Assembly: GCA_002633005.1 (NCBI GenBank)
Contig: NMRA01000223.1
Coordinates: forward strand, 442,290 to 506,289
Source: Phoronis australis
Taxonomy: Eukaryota > Animalia > Phoronida
Length of the DNA: 64,000 bases
Direction of reading: 5' to 3'
Shown here: piece after piece, positions 1 through 12,830 of the stretch
Layout of the letters: every line of letters starts with the position of its first letter
Position numbering within the stretch: the first letter of the stretch is position 1
Program-made: the position numbers and the translations under genes
The notes under the pieces: model-generated
Seen by the model: only the letters and a program-made list of their open reading frames with translations
What the model was told of the DNA's origin: nothing
Database searches by the model: none

Positions 1-659
1 CGAAAAACTTCGCGAAATACACGGAATTTCACGGGGCTGTGCCATTCAGCCATACATTCCAGAACCCTGGGAAAAGGGAAATCCACGGTGAAGCGGGGGG
101 GGGGGGCACACCGGTAGTCCGATCCAGTCCACTAGAGTAGGTTGTTTACACAACTGTTAACTAAAATGCATGAAAACATCTGTATGTCAGGTCACAGACA
201 GTGGTGCTCGTCAATGGAGCTATTTTAAAGTGTGCAGAGAGGTTCTGGCACATCTGTACCGCTAACTTTGTTTCCTGGTATAGTGATGCGTGGTGTTACA
301 ATTTTATTTATTCCACTATCAAGGGTCCCATTTCAAAAATCCAAGTATTGAAGGACTACTTTATTTCTTTATTTGGGAAGTCGAATTTGTGCATACTCAG
401 TAATGCCCAAGATTTTCTGGAAAGCAGATGGTTACACAGCAAAATCTTGTTAAGACAATTTAACAAATCACTCCAAAGCCCACGGCAATTGAACGAAATG
501 TAATAACATTAACTTTACACGAATTAATACAATTCCACGAGAATGTGTACCTTGTTTTAATCTGAATATGTAGGCATATCTTTGGCAAATGTGCGTCGAT
601 TTTGACCAAGAACATACCGTTGTGGTCGATATAAGAAAATTCAAAATTAAATATCAAAA

Positions 660-3600
660 CGAGAACACTCGGAGGAGCGACACTTGGCGAAAGTACGCGA
701 AAACAGGACCATGGGGAGGACGACGACGACGATGATGACCATGAAGGTGGAGATTATGAACAACACGATAACATTCATGTGACTAGCGAGCAAATCAGTA
801 AGAAATAGCCTGCAGTCTTGTTCACGCACCCGGTAAACTGGCAACAGTGCGAGAGCGCTCGAAGGAGCAACACTTGGCGAAATTACGCGAAAACAGGACG
901 ATGGGGAGGACGATGACAACGATCATGACGATGAAGGTGGAGATTATGAACAACACGATAACATTCATACGACGAACTTAGATGTCATCAATTAGTAAGA
1001 AATAAGCTACACTCTTGTTCAAATAAACTAAACCAACATCAATGCAGTAAGAGCGCTAAACAAAGGAACAGCGCTATCAGAAAATCTCAAGTAATTCGAG
1101 AAGTAGACGGCCTAGCAAAAAATGAAAAACATCGTCTGAAAGCCCGTTAAAAATTCTATCTTAATTGATATTTTCGCAACATTCCATATTTTTTTCGAAA
1201 AAAATTTGCGTTTTTTTTTGAAATTCAAAGTCAAATACCTCGAAAACAGTATGTCTGAGAAAAACGCTATCACAGAACTTTTGAAAGAGCATACTTCAAG
1301 GAATCCACATGCAAAAATTCACGTCATTTGCTCTTCCCGTTAAAAATGCGACCACAGAACGATTGAAAACGTGTGAACATGCGCCACAGCCGCCATCTTG
1401 AAAGTGACTTCCGGTTCAATTAACTTTTATAAAAGCTTATTAAACTCAAAAAACACGTGACCAGTTTGAAAGATTGGTTCGCAAATGCGCCCTCTACAGG
1501 AGAAAACGTTTTTGGCCATATTTCGGGGTGCGCATGTGCCACTTCCATTATTTCGGCCATAGTTAACCAGAAGTCAACTTTTTTCAGCACGCTTGTAGCA
1601 CCTGCGTTCTAATATAATCGTACTGATTTTGAGCTATGTACGCCGAAAAATGCGGCCTCTACGAGCATTTGACTGTGATATCGGATACAAAATGGCCGCC
1701 ACGTCCGCCATTTTGTATCCGATCATGACTAAAAACAATAGGCTTTCAGGACTTTCCCATCTACACGTCGTGTTTAAATTTCGTGAAAATCGGACGAAAA
1801 TTGCGACCTCTAGAGTGCTAACAAAAAAAACGAGAGCGCTCGGAGGAGCGACACTTGGCGGAATTAATCGAATAGACGTCGATGGGGAGGACGACGACAA
1901 TCATGACGATCAAGGCGGCAATTATGAATAACACGATAACATTCATGTGAATAGCGAAGAAATAAAATAGAAAACATACAATCAACTACAATAAAGAGCA
2001 ATAGATGGCGCAACATGCATGACAAACGAGCCATGCTATGTTCCCACATTCCAAAATAAGAGGCGCTATGTGACAGTCTGCAGAGCAAAGTTATGTTTAC
2101 AATAGTTGGTGTGTAATTCCAGTCTACAGTAGGTCAGTGCTGGCTGGGTCAGTCGGGGTCAGCTAGGCATAATCAAAGCAAAGTGAACTGCTTGCATAGG
2201 TGACCGAAGGAACAACGGTATCCGAAAATATCGAATAATTCAAAAAGTAGACGTTGTAGCGCAATATGGGAAATATCTTCTGAAAGCTCGTTCAAACTTC
2301 TACCTAAAGTGATAGTTTGGCAAAAATACAAAAAATTTTCGAAAAAATTAAAATTTGCCGTTTTTTTGAAATTCAAAGCCAAATAACTCGAAAATGGTAA
2401 GTCTGAGAAATACACTCTCACAGACTTTTTGAAACGCCATACTTTAAGGAATCCACATGCAAAAATTCACGTCATTTGCTCTCCCCTTAAAAATGGGACA
2501 CCAGAACGATTGAAACCCTGTGAACATGCGCCACAGCCGCCATCTTCAAAGTGACTTCCGTTTCAATAAGCTTTTATAAAACCTTATTAAACTTAACAAA
2601 CACGTGACCAGTTGAAAGCGATTGGTTCGCAAATGCGCCCTCTACAGGAGCAAATGTTTTTGGCCACATTTCTGGGTGCGCATGCGCCACTCCTAATATT
2701 TCCGCCATCTTTGACTGGAAGTCAACGATTTTCAGTGCATTTGTAGCACATGCGTTCTAGTATAATCATCCAGAATTTCAGCCATGTACTTTGAAAAATG
2801 CGGCCTCGACGAGCATTTGACTTTGAAATCGGATACAAAATGGCCGCCACGTCCGCCATTTTGCATCCGATCATGACCAAAAACAATAGGCTTCCATAAC
2901 TGTCCGATCTACACGTCGTGGGCAATTTTCGTGAAAATCGGACGAAAATTGCGACCTGTAAAGTGCGAACAAAAAAAACTTGAGGACAGAGCAACATACT
3001 TGTCGGAATTTGAAGAATTCGAAGAATTCCGCCAAGTAAAAAAAATTGCTGTCAATCCAACTTACTTTGCGGAATTCTTCCGCCACGTAAAAACATGTTG
3101 TGAGACCAACCTACTTGACGGAAGAATTCCGCCAAGTAATTATAAGAGAAAAATCCCCAACAGCTTAAGTAACCTAATACTCGATCACATTTCACACACA
3201 GACAGCCAGAGGGCTTATCACTGCAGTAAATCAAATGCAGAGCTGTTAACATAAACACTTGTTACTTGGCGAAATAAATTTCGCCAAGTATATTGCTCTG
3301 ACACTAAGTTTGTTTTTTTTTTTTTGTTTGTTCGCACGATACAGGTCGCAATTTTCGTCCGATCATCACGAAATTTACACATAACACGTACTTTCGGAAG
3401 TACTGGAAGCCTATTGTTTTTCGTCAAAATCGGATCCAAGATGGCGGCTGTGGCGGCCATTTTGTTTCCATTTAAAGGTTCAAATACTTCTGGAGGCTAC
3501 AATTTTTTACGTAAAAAGCTAAGAATCGGCACAGTAAATGGACCGGAAGTTTTCTACAAATATGCCGGAAATTGTTTACTTCCGGTAAAAGATGGCGGAA

Positions 3601-3720
3601 ATATCGGCGATCGCGCATGCGCACCTCAATTTTGGCCTAAAAACGTTTTCTCCTGTAGAGGGCGCATTATCAGACCAATTTTGATGTGCACAGACATTTT
3701 CAATTACATGTAGGTTGTTC
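660..3720. mobile_element. Cluster of non-autonomous Helentron/HINE-like repeat family B: body copies ~1130-1830 (+), ~2320-2990 (+), ~3255-3720 (-); repeated terminal modules at ~660, ~850 and ~1831
   Basis: Three alignable ~400-700 bp copies are present. One terminus is the palindrome TACTTGGCGAAAT-AA-ATTTCGCCAAGTA (~3263-3290). The other reads, on minus, CGCCAAGT (subTIR) + hairpin CGCTC-CTCC-GAGCG + CTCTCGTT at ~1831-1860, with diverged versions at ~660 and ~850. There is an internal palindrome at 1680-1723. The architecture matches DINE-1/HINE elements; the class is inferred. Confidence 0.6.
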
Positions 3721-4029
3721 ACGTAAAACGCTAAGAACCCAGCATCAATTATCGCTCTGTATTTTATTGTTTTGGCCTTATTACAAAACTTGATCGACCC
3801 TGGGACATTTTGATACATTGTTCAAGCTACCCCTGAAGCACGTGTTTGAGTAAATCTGAACGATAAATATTTTCGAAAATATATTCCAAAAACCCACAAA
3901 AAAGTGAATTAGTGAAATAGGCTGTTTTTAAGATACATTTGAAAAAAGAAGCCACTCACCCACTGTTTGTTATCATATTGTGAATACGAACACGTCCGGG
4001 TATTCGTTTGACGTTCGTAAGCAGACGAA

Positions 4030-4578
4030 CGCTGGAAACTTCAACGCCAGATGTCGCAAAATGGCGCAGAAGAAGAAATAAGATCGTTCACGACTTTAGG
4101 ACCTCTGGCGGTACTTGAAGTCGTCGGAAAATCATCATCAGCCATCCTCTTCACACTTGGAACATACATGCCTATTTTTACAATCATCCCGAGAGTGCTT
4201 TGGTTGACAGAGAAGTGGACGCAAAAAACATAACAGCAAGAATGGCCAATAGGTGGTGCCAAGTACCCTGAATCCATACGAAAACAGGAGGATAGCATCC
4301 TCTCTGCTATAACAAACAGCCAAATTTTATGAACATCCATTGAGGGCCTCTGAAGATACAAAGGTAAACGTATAAAAAAATAAAAATGCCACTAGAGAGC
4401 ACACAGGTAGTCGGAGAGGTCCGAAATTCGTCGCCATCATTCGTCAGCTTCATAGGAATGTATCAGCCAAATGTCATCAAGATCCGATGAGGGTTTATGA
4501 GATACAGTTGTAGACGCCGGATGCCCTGGCAGAGATGACATGTATGCACCCACACATAAATACTTGGATGCATAAAAA
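4030..4578 (-). mobile_element. Degenerate copy of HINE-like family A
   Basis: Reverse complement of the family A 5' end (TTTTTATGCATCCAAGTATTTATGTGTGGGTGCA at 4544-4578) and of internal subunits seen at 41205-42222 and 56471-57974. Confidence 0.7.
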
Positions 4579-4800
4579 TGACCTGTTTGCGATAAGGGAG
4601 ACAGAAAACACCTAGAAAGCGTATGGAAATTTTTAGGAACCCCAGTTGGTGTGTTTATATTTTACAACTGGCCAACATCAACGTCTATTGTAACAGTTAG
4701 GGAGATGTTAGGTGTCAGGCGCAATAAAACATTTTCTGTAATTTAACAATACAAATATCCGTCTTATTCACTTATCAGATGTGTCATTATTTATCTAGTT

Positions 4801-5649
4801 CACAAATTTTTGGTTATTTTATTAAGTATATTTCACTCTCCCTTTCTCTCCTTTTCTCCACCTCTCTTGCTCGCTGACAGCCCAGCCACGAAACGACGGT
4901 TTTAGAATATACAGGCCTTCGTCTCTCCTGCACCTCAAGTCCTATCCCCAGGAGCAGGCCCCAAAAGCCCAGTGCCCACTAATCAATCAAACCATAGTCG
5001 CCGATTTGAGGAAAGAACCCTTCCTTTCCGTAAAATAGACTCTGTGTTCCGGTCGCTCTTTTATAATTACATCAGAAGAAAGAACACGCTCAGCAAACGA
5101 CAGAGGCAGGGAACAGTATAATCATCAGCTTTTTCACACACCCCCATTTGAAATAAATCTGACCACTCCTTAGCAGTATTGGCGATGGCCCATTTCTGAT
5201 GAAGAGGGTACACAGCTTAGAGACCCAAGTTTATACACAACGTGAACTCACTACTCTTGCCCTTATTATAAGCTCTGCCAATGTTTTTACCAATAACTTT
5301 CTAGCCTATGGATTTTCAGGAACTCCCAATACTTCTTGTTTCTTGTTGTTATTAAAACATCCAGCCACACAATAGGTAAATCCGACAGTACCTCCCATCA
5401 CTACACTTGCAAGCCACCACTGATATCCGGGACAATGCAAAGTGATTACTCGGGTCTAACCAAAGATGCACCATAGCACCAGAGGGTGCAGCTTTCAAGA
5501 TGTCGGATCTTCATATCTTCTGTTTGGAAAACAACGCATAAAGTATAGAGTCTGAAAGTTTCGTGTAAATCGAATCATCCATTTCTCAGATATGATGTTC
5601 AAAGGGAGTCAGATTGGGACATTTTTCTAGGTTCCTAAATAGCCTTTAA
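4801..5649 (-). mobile_element. Decayed THAP-bearing DNA transposon remnant (Kolobok/Harbinger-like)
   Basis: 4801-5070 is a diverged copy of 19269-19501, and ~5543-5636 resembles ~47105-47195. The minus strand at ~5200-5410 gives a frameshifted THAP-like N-terminus (YCVAGCFNNNKK...FPENP*ARK). It ends in CCTTTAA. Confidence 0.45.
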
Positions 5650-5942
5650 TAGATTGAACTGATAAGGTAGGTGTGACTGAACATTACTAAAGAACTTATC
5701 AACGTCACATCTTATCAAAAGACAGCTGAGGTGCTCACCGGGATGGTTCATGTATTGTGTTTAATACAATGTCAAAAAAGTGCTTGGGCTACTTTAAATA
5801 GAAGTACACACACTACAAACAAAATCCATAGCTAATCTCTGGGTAAAATGAGGTAAAATGAAAAATAAAAAAGTCCGACTTGTTATCAATCACAGTCCAT
5901 GTCATGCAGTATCAGTCAGGGGATACCATAGCAATGTTAGCT

Positions 5943-8900
5943 CTACGTTTCCTTGACTACGTCACAGCCTCGCCATTCTATGGTGTCGAAATCAATTACA
6001 ATCTGTTTCCTTTTGGGGACAAATTGTCTGAAAGGAAGAAAGGTCACACATTTAAGTGAATTATGCAGATCAAGACATTTTGGCAATCTCTTCAAAAGTT
6101 CCGCACAATAATAGGAATGGAAAACGACCGTCGTAAGTCGGCCAAAACTTGGTTAAAACCATAACTTGACAACTTGACAGTAGTGACTTTGGGGTTGAAT
6201 TATAAATATTGTTTTTGTGTTCTAATCGATAGGAACATTTTGAAGTTCAACGTTAATATTAATTGTTGAGCAAAACGTGCAAGATTGAATACGCTTTGTT
6301 AATGAATAATTCAAACATTTTGAACACCTCCACAAATGCCACACCTCAATGCTTATGTACCAAAAACAACAACACAAGAAAGACAGTTCATGCATAAACT
6401 GTCAAAAGTCATGAAATCGCATTTTTTCTGTTTGTGACAAAGATGGCAGATTTGTTGTCACACTTAACTAAGATAACGAAATTGAAAATCAACTTCAGTA
6501 AAGAGAACATACATTTGACTCAGGGTGACCAAATAGTCCCTAGGTTCCTAGGTTTGCTACCTATGATAGAAGGCCCACCCCACCGCCACAGCTAAGCCAC
6601 TGATGTTGTCAGACATCAATCACGTTTCACTTTATTAACGAAAAGCATCATTAGATGTTTTCTTAACAACATACATATATTCTGGGCTTGGAATGACGAA
6701 TGACAAAAAAGAGGAAAAATTTCAAGGTGATGTACATGTATCATTCCACAAATAAATACAGTAGACTTACGTGATAGAAAAAATTCTTGTGTTGTACAAC
6801 TTAAATGAGATGAAGGTTTTTGCATGAACAGTCAAAATAACGGTAAAAAGAGACGAAAAAAGAGGAAACTGGAAATCAAAAAAAAAGAAATAGAAACTAA
6901 AAATAGGAAATCCTCTTAAAAAAGGAAAATTCTAAGCCCTGATACATAACAGGACTGACCCATCAGTCTGCTCAGTGTCCAGGTTACCTGTACTTTATGC
7001 CGGCCTGGTCCAACATGACTGTAGAGGCCTTAGTGCCCAGATAATCCTTGTGTTTGTCTGATTTATAACCAACTTCCTGCAATAACAGTTAATGTTATAT
7101 GAGAGCAATTCAGAGGCATAAAAATGTACAATGTTTGATTGATGGCAGTAAAACCCTGCTATAAACTGCATTCAACAAAAGGATTTCATCAGAATAAGAC
7201 AGAACTTCATTTATCTGAAGGACAGAGTGTACGAAAACACGTACTGTGGAATTACGTCAGAGCTTATGTACGTGTACAAGACAAAAATGAGACAAAATAC
7301 CATTTCCCCATACTATTAACTCCAAAAATGACAGATAACTATCAAGGTCGCAAAATTCTTATTTCAGAACAGCTAAGCCAGATTTAATTACAAACTTTCT
7401 TGTTAATTCCCCTGTTTCGTTGAGAAATTGATTAGTATTAATTATCTGGTCTTGATTTATTTCTTAATATTTTTTGTCATGTGGGGTCATCTGTTGTGTA
7501 GATTGATTATTAATTTTGCATCTTCTTAGAGCGCGATAGTGTTCTTATTCTTGGTCATGAGGGAAGGCTGCTCTGATGACGTGTTTGGCTTCTGTCCAGC
7601 TGCCATGACAAGGAATTCTGGGACATTTTGTCTGAATTCTTCTGATATATAGTGTAAGTGAAGATCCAACTCTCACATAACAGACTTATGTCTTGTTAAA
7701 CCCAGTCTAGTGACGGAGACGATGAACCTCTCTATAGAGATATGCCAGTGGATAAAATGCACGCAATACCTTTATTCGTGACTGAATTATTAGTTTTGTG
7801 CACTCATTGCACGGAAACAGCGCCACATACAAAATGTACAACGTACAGCCCTTCACGTCAGCGACATTCTTATTTAAAATAGCATTCAGCTCTGCGTGGT
7901 AAACTGAAAACAAGAGGTTTTACTTTCAATAGTTAAAGAAAACAATCTATGTTCAGCTGTTTTCAGAAAAGTGACACAACCTCTCTTGTTACGTGATAGG
8001 ACTTATAGATGGTGCTGCTATACTGTCATAAAGCTCTGCCCCTAAAGAGAACCACTTAGTTATTGCTTATATTATGGTAATTTGCCATACTGTTAAAATG
8101 AGTAATTTGATAAGGTAATACAAGATCATATCAAGTAGCAATGTCCCTCTCAACTAAAGTTATGACACGTAACGCTCTCCGCAGTGATGTCAGAAAAAAT
8201 CTGGAGCACACATTCTCAACTTACCGGCTTAAAATTTTATTCAAGTTTTTCATCATTACAGCCAAGATGAAGGAAGACAATTAGTCTTTGAATTAATTTA
8301 AGAAAACTAACGTAAGGCAAAACATAAAAAAGTATTGTTGGTTCTGAACTCTCTTTTGCCGCCTAATAGTTATTGCCGGTACATTTTGCTGTTAACAGAA
8401 TTAGTCGCCGTTCCAGGAAAACTGTATTTTGTCAATTAATTTTGTCTTGTAGTGTATCACAAGACAGTGGTTATTCCGAACATTACAATTAAATATGAGC
8501 TACAAACAGACCTGTTTACCAGCAAAAGTGCATTTGAGTTTTTCTGACACCAGACTTGCAGATTTTTAAAGAAAATTTGCAGATTTTGGCATAGCGATCA
8601 AACATGAAAAAATTCGAAATTTTCAGTATTTTGGTACTTTTCTCAGTTGCTTAACTTACAAAAAAAAACGGTACACAACTTGCAACATAAATTTGACTCT
8701 CCTTTAGGGTTTTCAATAAGACAATGCCATTCACCGGGATAGCGTGGCGAAAACAGGGTTCCCTTCTTCCAGAAGGTATTTTCTTCACAGCTCAGATTAT
8801 GAAGATTTTCACACTTGCCATTTTCACAACAGTTCGTATTTAGCCAAAGATAGTCAGAACCAACAAAGTAAACAATCCACCAACCACATAAATAGTTGCT

Positions 8901-11047
8901 TATAATCTGGGCTATGTTTAGAATAAAATAATTTTCCAGTTTCACTGCTCAAGTTTTTTTTGATTAAAATAATACAAACCAATCTATATTTTTTAATCTT
9001 CCATTTCTACTTTAGTTAATCACTAAGCAAGTAACAAGTGAGCAAATAATATGCTTGGAATTTGCATATTCTTGCTTGGTCTTGTGTACTTGCCTACTAC
9101 AAGTTATATTTCCACACGAATCTACATTTGTTTTGCTTATGATACACAGGTCTGTATAAATCCATCTCCTGTTAAAACCTTTGATTTTGGTCAGTTAGTG
9201 TTACTTAGATCAGAATTTTTTGTCTGGGCTGAAGAAAGACCAAACCTTTGTTATAGCGTTAGATGAAAAGATCATCTCGTGCAATGAACAACCAGTGAGG
9301 GCAATACCTGTTGAGCCTGATCATCAATAACAAACTGTTAGTTCTTTCGATGAGCCAAGAGACAATTTCTAAGCTGGGTAAGACATATGTTGAGACCAAA
9401 TGGCAAGTTGTTATTCAATAGTGCACTTTTAAGAACTGCACTATTGACGGGATATTTTTAAAGAAAAATTGCAAGAGAGCAAAATTATTGTTGCTCTTTA
9501 AGGGCACATCATAATGCACGTGTCAATCAACGAGAAAAGCTTCGTGTATTGTTAGTAACTTTCACTGCAAGACCACTTTGTATTTACAAGTCCTGTAAAT
9601 CGACAAGACATACCATCAGGATAGTTTGTTTCTAGTAGATTTTCGGATGAACATCCCCATGGTAACACGTCATCACTGCAGCCAATCGGCATTCCATTGT
9701 AACCAATACCAACTATATTCTTATCCTCATTGATTATGCAGGCACCAACCTGTTGGGCAGATAATTGCTGAACAACATGAATACCACACCACAAAATAGC
9801 GGGTTGTCAAATTAAGTAATGAACAAATTTGTAGTTGGTATGCCCAAGCTAGCTGTTCCCAAGAATACAAGACAAGTTTTTGTGGATTACTAAACACTGC
9901 ACCGGATTCACTCCATAAATTTAGCAAAATGTGTGGTTGTCAATGACAAATTCCTGGCTTACAAACCAATCGGATGTCTTAGGCAGTTGACCCTGCGGAG
10001 CCAGTAAAGTGAATCAAGTGCTGTAGAGGCATCCAAAACAAGGCATTCTCTTTTCCAAAACATATATTTTCCCTCTGAGAATTCTCTTCCTGTTCAATTT
10101 TCTCTACCAAATTTGCAATAATTTGTTTTCTAAGTGCATTCAAGTAACGTTGCGAAATTATTGGATAACAGGAAAACGATAACAATAGGTATCTCTAGCT
10201 TTTTAACCTTAGGTCATAAACCCTTCAGTCAAGAGATCAACTTTTGACTTCGTACCGCTATAAAATTAGTTTCAACTTGTTTCGTACCGAGAAAAGGAAT
10301 GGATTATGGGTCTGGAAAGAGTCGGATAATTGACCTATCGCAAGCTCCGCCCGTTTGGGAAAAGTCGACAAACAAACAATAAGTTTTACCCGGCAACATG
10401 TCTGTCAGGTAAAATGACGTCTTGGATATGAAGGTGTGTTAAGAATGCTGCGTTCTGATTGGTCAGTAAAGCCGTCACTCAAAATCCTGGCAATAGATCA
10501 ATTGTCAGTGCTTTAGATCGTGCTAGGCACCTAAAGTGTCTTGTCATGAGCTAGATGAGGTTTGTCAGCCGTAGCAAAATGTCAGTTCTTTACAAGCCTA
10601 GAAATCACCTCTAAACTGGAGAGCAAGCTTAAACTGGTAGAATTAAGCTGTGTTGCAGCTTTAAGCATTGATGGAGCCTGCCTTTTAGGGCAGTTGCTGT
10701 TGGTACTTAAGACTGAATTTGCAAAAGAATGTCATTTTCTAAAACCATAAATGTGATGTCCAAAAATAATGGTTCTATATAAATGTTATAAACAAGCACC
10801 TATCTGGCTACTCAACACCGTTTCAAGAGAAGTCATATTTGAACTCTGGCGATCTCCCTAGAAAGGTGTGCATGCCCAGATGTCTAATCAAATGTGGTTA
10901 CCTGCAAGACACATTCTCTATAAAGACCCTTGATGTAGTCATACCTGAGTGCAAGGGTCTTTACTTCTCTGTGCAGATAAGAACGCAACAGCCATAAAAT
11001 AATCTTCCCATTCAAGGTAATCTGTCCTCTTCGAGTTAATGTCAATG
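5943..11047 (-). CDS. DCTD: dCMP deaminase (deoxycytidylate deaminase), 5'-partial; exons 11047-10945, 9749-9614, 7903-7770, 7076-6988, 6027-5943
   Basis: Spliced translation: [34 protein letters not shown]|[31 protein letters not shown]...YPD V|[12 protein letters not shown]...[19 protein letters not shown]|EVGYKSDK...QAGIKYR|[27 protein letters not shown]. The HAE and PCxxC Zn motifs are intact. All introns are GT-AG and phase-consistent. The start-codon exon was not identified. Confidence 0.9.
6682..6941. mobile_element. hAT-like MITE in a DCTD intron (partial second copy ~26745-26922)
   Basis: Imperfect TIRs CTGGGCTTGGAAT / ATTCTAAGCCCTG are flanked by ATACATA-like direct repeats. The A-rich right half aligns with 26745-26922. 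Confidence 0.4.
7140..7620 (-). repeat. Interspersed repeat family C (other copies ~39502-39700 + and ~59430-59665 +)
   Basis: Shared blocks such as AAGCCAAA...CCCTCATGAC and GTATTTTGTCTGATTACTT occur at all three loci (inverted and more diverged here). Confidence 0.5.
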
Positions 11048-11420
11048 CTGCAGGTAAAAAGCTTGTGTTACTTTCTGGTATCACGAGACTGACGGAATCA
11101 TACATAGGGATGGCAACTTTGCAATTCTCAACGCAAGAGATTTACTTAATTTGAGTTCACACAAACGTAGAACGAAAAATACAAAACATAATTTGAGTTT
11201 CGATTTTGAGTACAAAGATGAGGTCCTGACCTAGGAGTCAAAAATCGTAAAGTTAAGATATATTAGTGAAACGGGGACCAGGGGTTACTCACTGAAAGCT
11301 AAGACTGGTATACGAGGTGGGTCGGCTCTGCTGGGAATTTCATTTTAAAATATCAAAGTTTTAAATCCATTTCCCATGATTAATGATTTGATTAGTTCCC
11401 ATCTTTCGACTACTTATACA

Positions 11421-11642
11421 CTAATACGGCCATCCCGGATTACATGGTGGTACTCTCCTTTGTCCCGGAGATAAGAAAGCACGTGACCTCGTTTTGGAAA
11501 TCAAGCACATTTCCGTGTCTCTCACTGATGTCGGGAAGGTGAAGAATTTCACATCACGCATCCACGGGTATTTGTCCAGTTTATCAAACAGTTTCACGTC
11601 AGAGTTGCAGCCCACAGCACAGCAAAGATCCTTTGTTGGCAT
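11421..11642 (-). pseudogene. THAP zinc-finger N-terminal fragment of a DNA transposon
   Basis: MPTKDLCCAVGCNS...VKFFTFPT matches the THAP C-x-x-x-C...F-x-F-P pattern. The downstream W and CxxHF motifs are missing (truncated or frameshifted). Confidence 0.6.
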
Positions 11643-11879
11643 TGGAAGGACGAATAGAATACAACTAAGAAAAACTTGTAAAGAATCAGACATTTTAATG
11701 TCTGATTCTTTACAAGTTGTCGTTAAAACGACAACAAATAACAAGTGAAACTCCAGTGGTACGAAAACGAGGCAGCAAATGTGCCTGACGGATGACAGAC
11801 GGAATTGCAGGTAAATATAGTGGGATTCAAATGCTGCTGCATATTCAAAAATATTTTGAAAGCTTTTTATTTTAATACC

Positions 11880-12830
11880 ACTTCATCTGTCCACCATTGG
11901 CTTGTATGCATGACACAGATCTCCTTCGCAAACTGTTAATGAAGAGTTCTGATTTAAGATTGGGAATGTCACTCCACTCCTTAATAAGAATGTGGCAAAG
12001 GTCGTGATGTGAGATACATTTTCTGACATCTCTTCCAATTTAGTCCCATGCATTCTAAATTGGGTTTATGTCTGGTGAACATGGAGGCCAGTCCATTTTG
12101 TTAATGTTTTACTGTCCAAGATGCTGGGTGACCATACGAGAGCGATGAGGCCTTGCATTATTGTCCATGTACACAGCATGTGGGCCCATGTTATTCACGA
12201 AAGGTATCTTGGTAACTGGATTAAGGATATTGTTGACATAACATCTGCCAGTCTCGTTTTTCTCCGTGACTGATACCAGCCCAAAGCATGACACTCCTGT
12301 CATGAAATGAACGTTGTGATTTCACGCAGCAAATTGTATTTCTTTTGCCACGTCTTCACCAGACCTGTACTCTGCCATCATTTTTTGCAAACAAAAATAC
12401 GATTAATATCTAAAGAGCACAGAATTCCACTGCTGTCTGGCCCAGTGCCAACACTGAGTGTCTGTATCTGTGCCTCTTGTGTTCATCAGACATTGTTGGC
12501 ACCTTTCCTGATTTGCGCGAAATGAAATCTGCACTATGCAGTCTGTTACGGATGGTCTGATCTGAAATTCGTTGACCTCCATCGACATGGAGTAGTGATT
12601 GGAGCTCTTTAGCCGTAACAAATCGTCTTTTGGCTGCAATGATACGAGTTGGTCAATCTGCAAATTGATCAGTAACTTTTGGTCTACCTGCTCTCACACG
12701 GTCCTTTACATCACATGGCTCACAATCGTAGCTTCCCTCTTAAAGTCTGTGCAACCTCATACAGCATTTTTCCAGCTTCCAACAAACCAACAGCCTTTCC
12801 ACATTGAACAAGATTAAATGAGCGAACCAT
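11880..12830 (-). mobile_element. Tc1/mariner transposase remnant
   Basis: Broken frames read WNSVLF...DGRVQVW*RRG, HAVYMDNNARPHRSRMVTQHL and MDWPPCSPDINPI*NAWD. These are canonical Tc1 DDE motifs, with stops and frameshifts. Confidence 0.85.
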
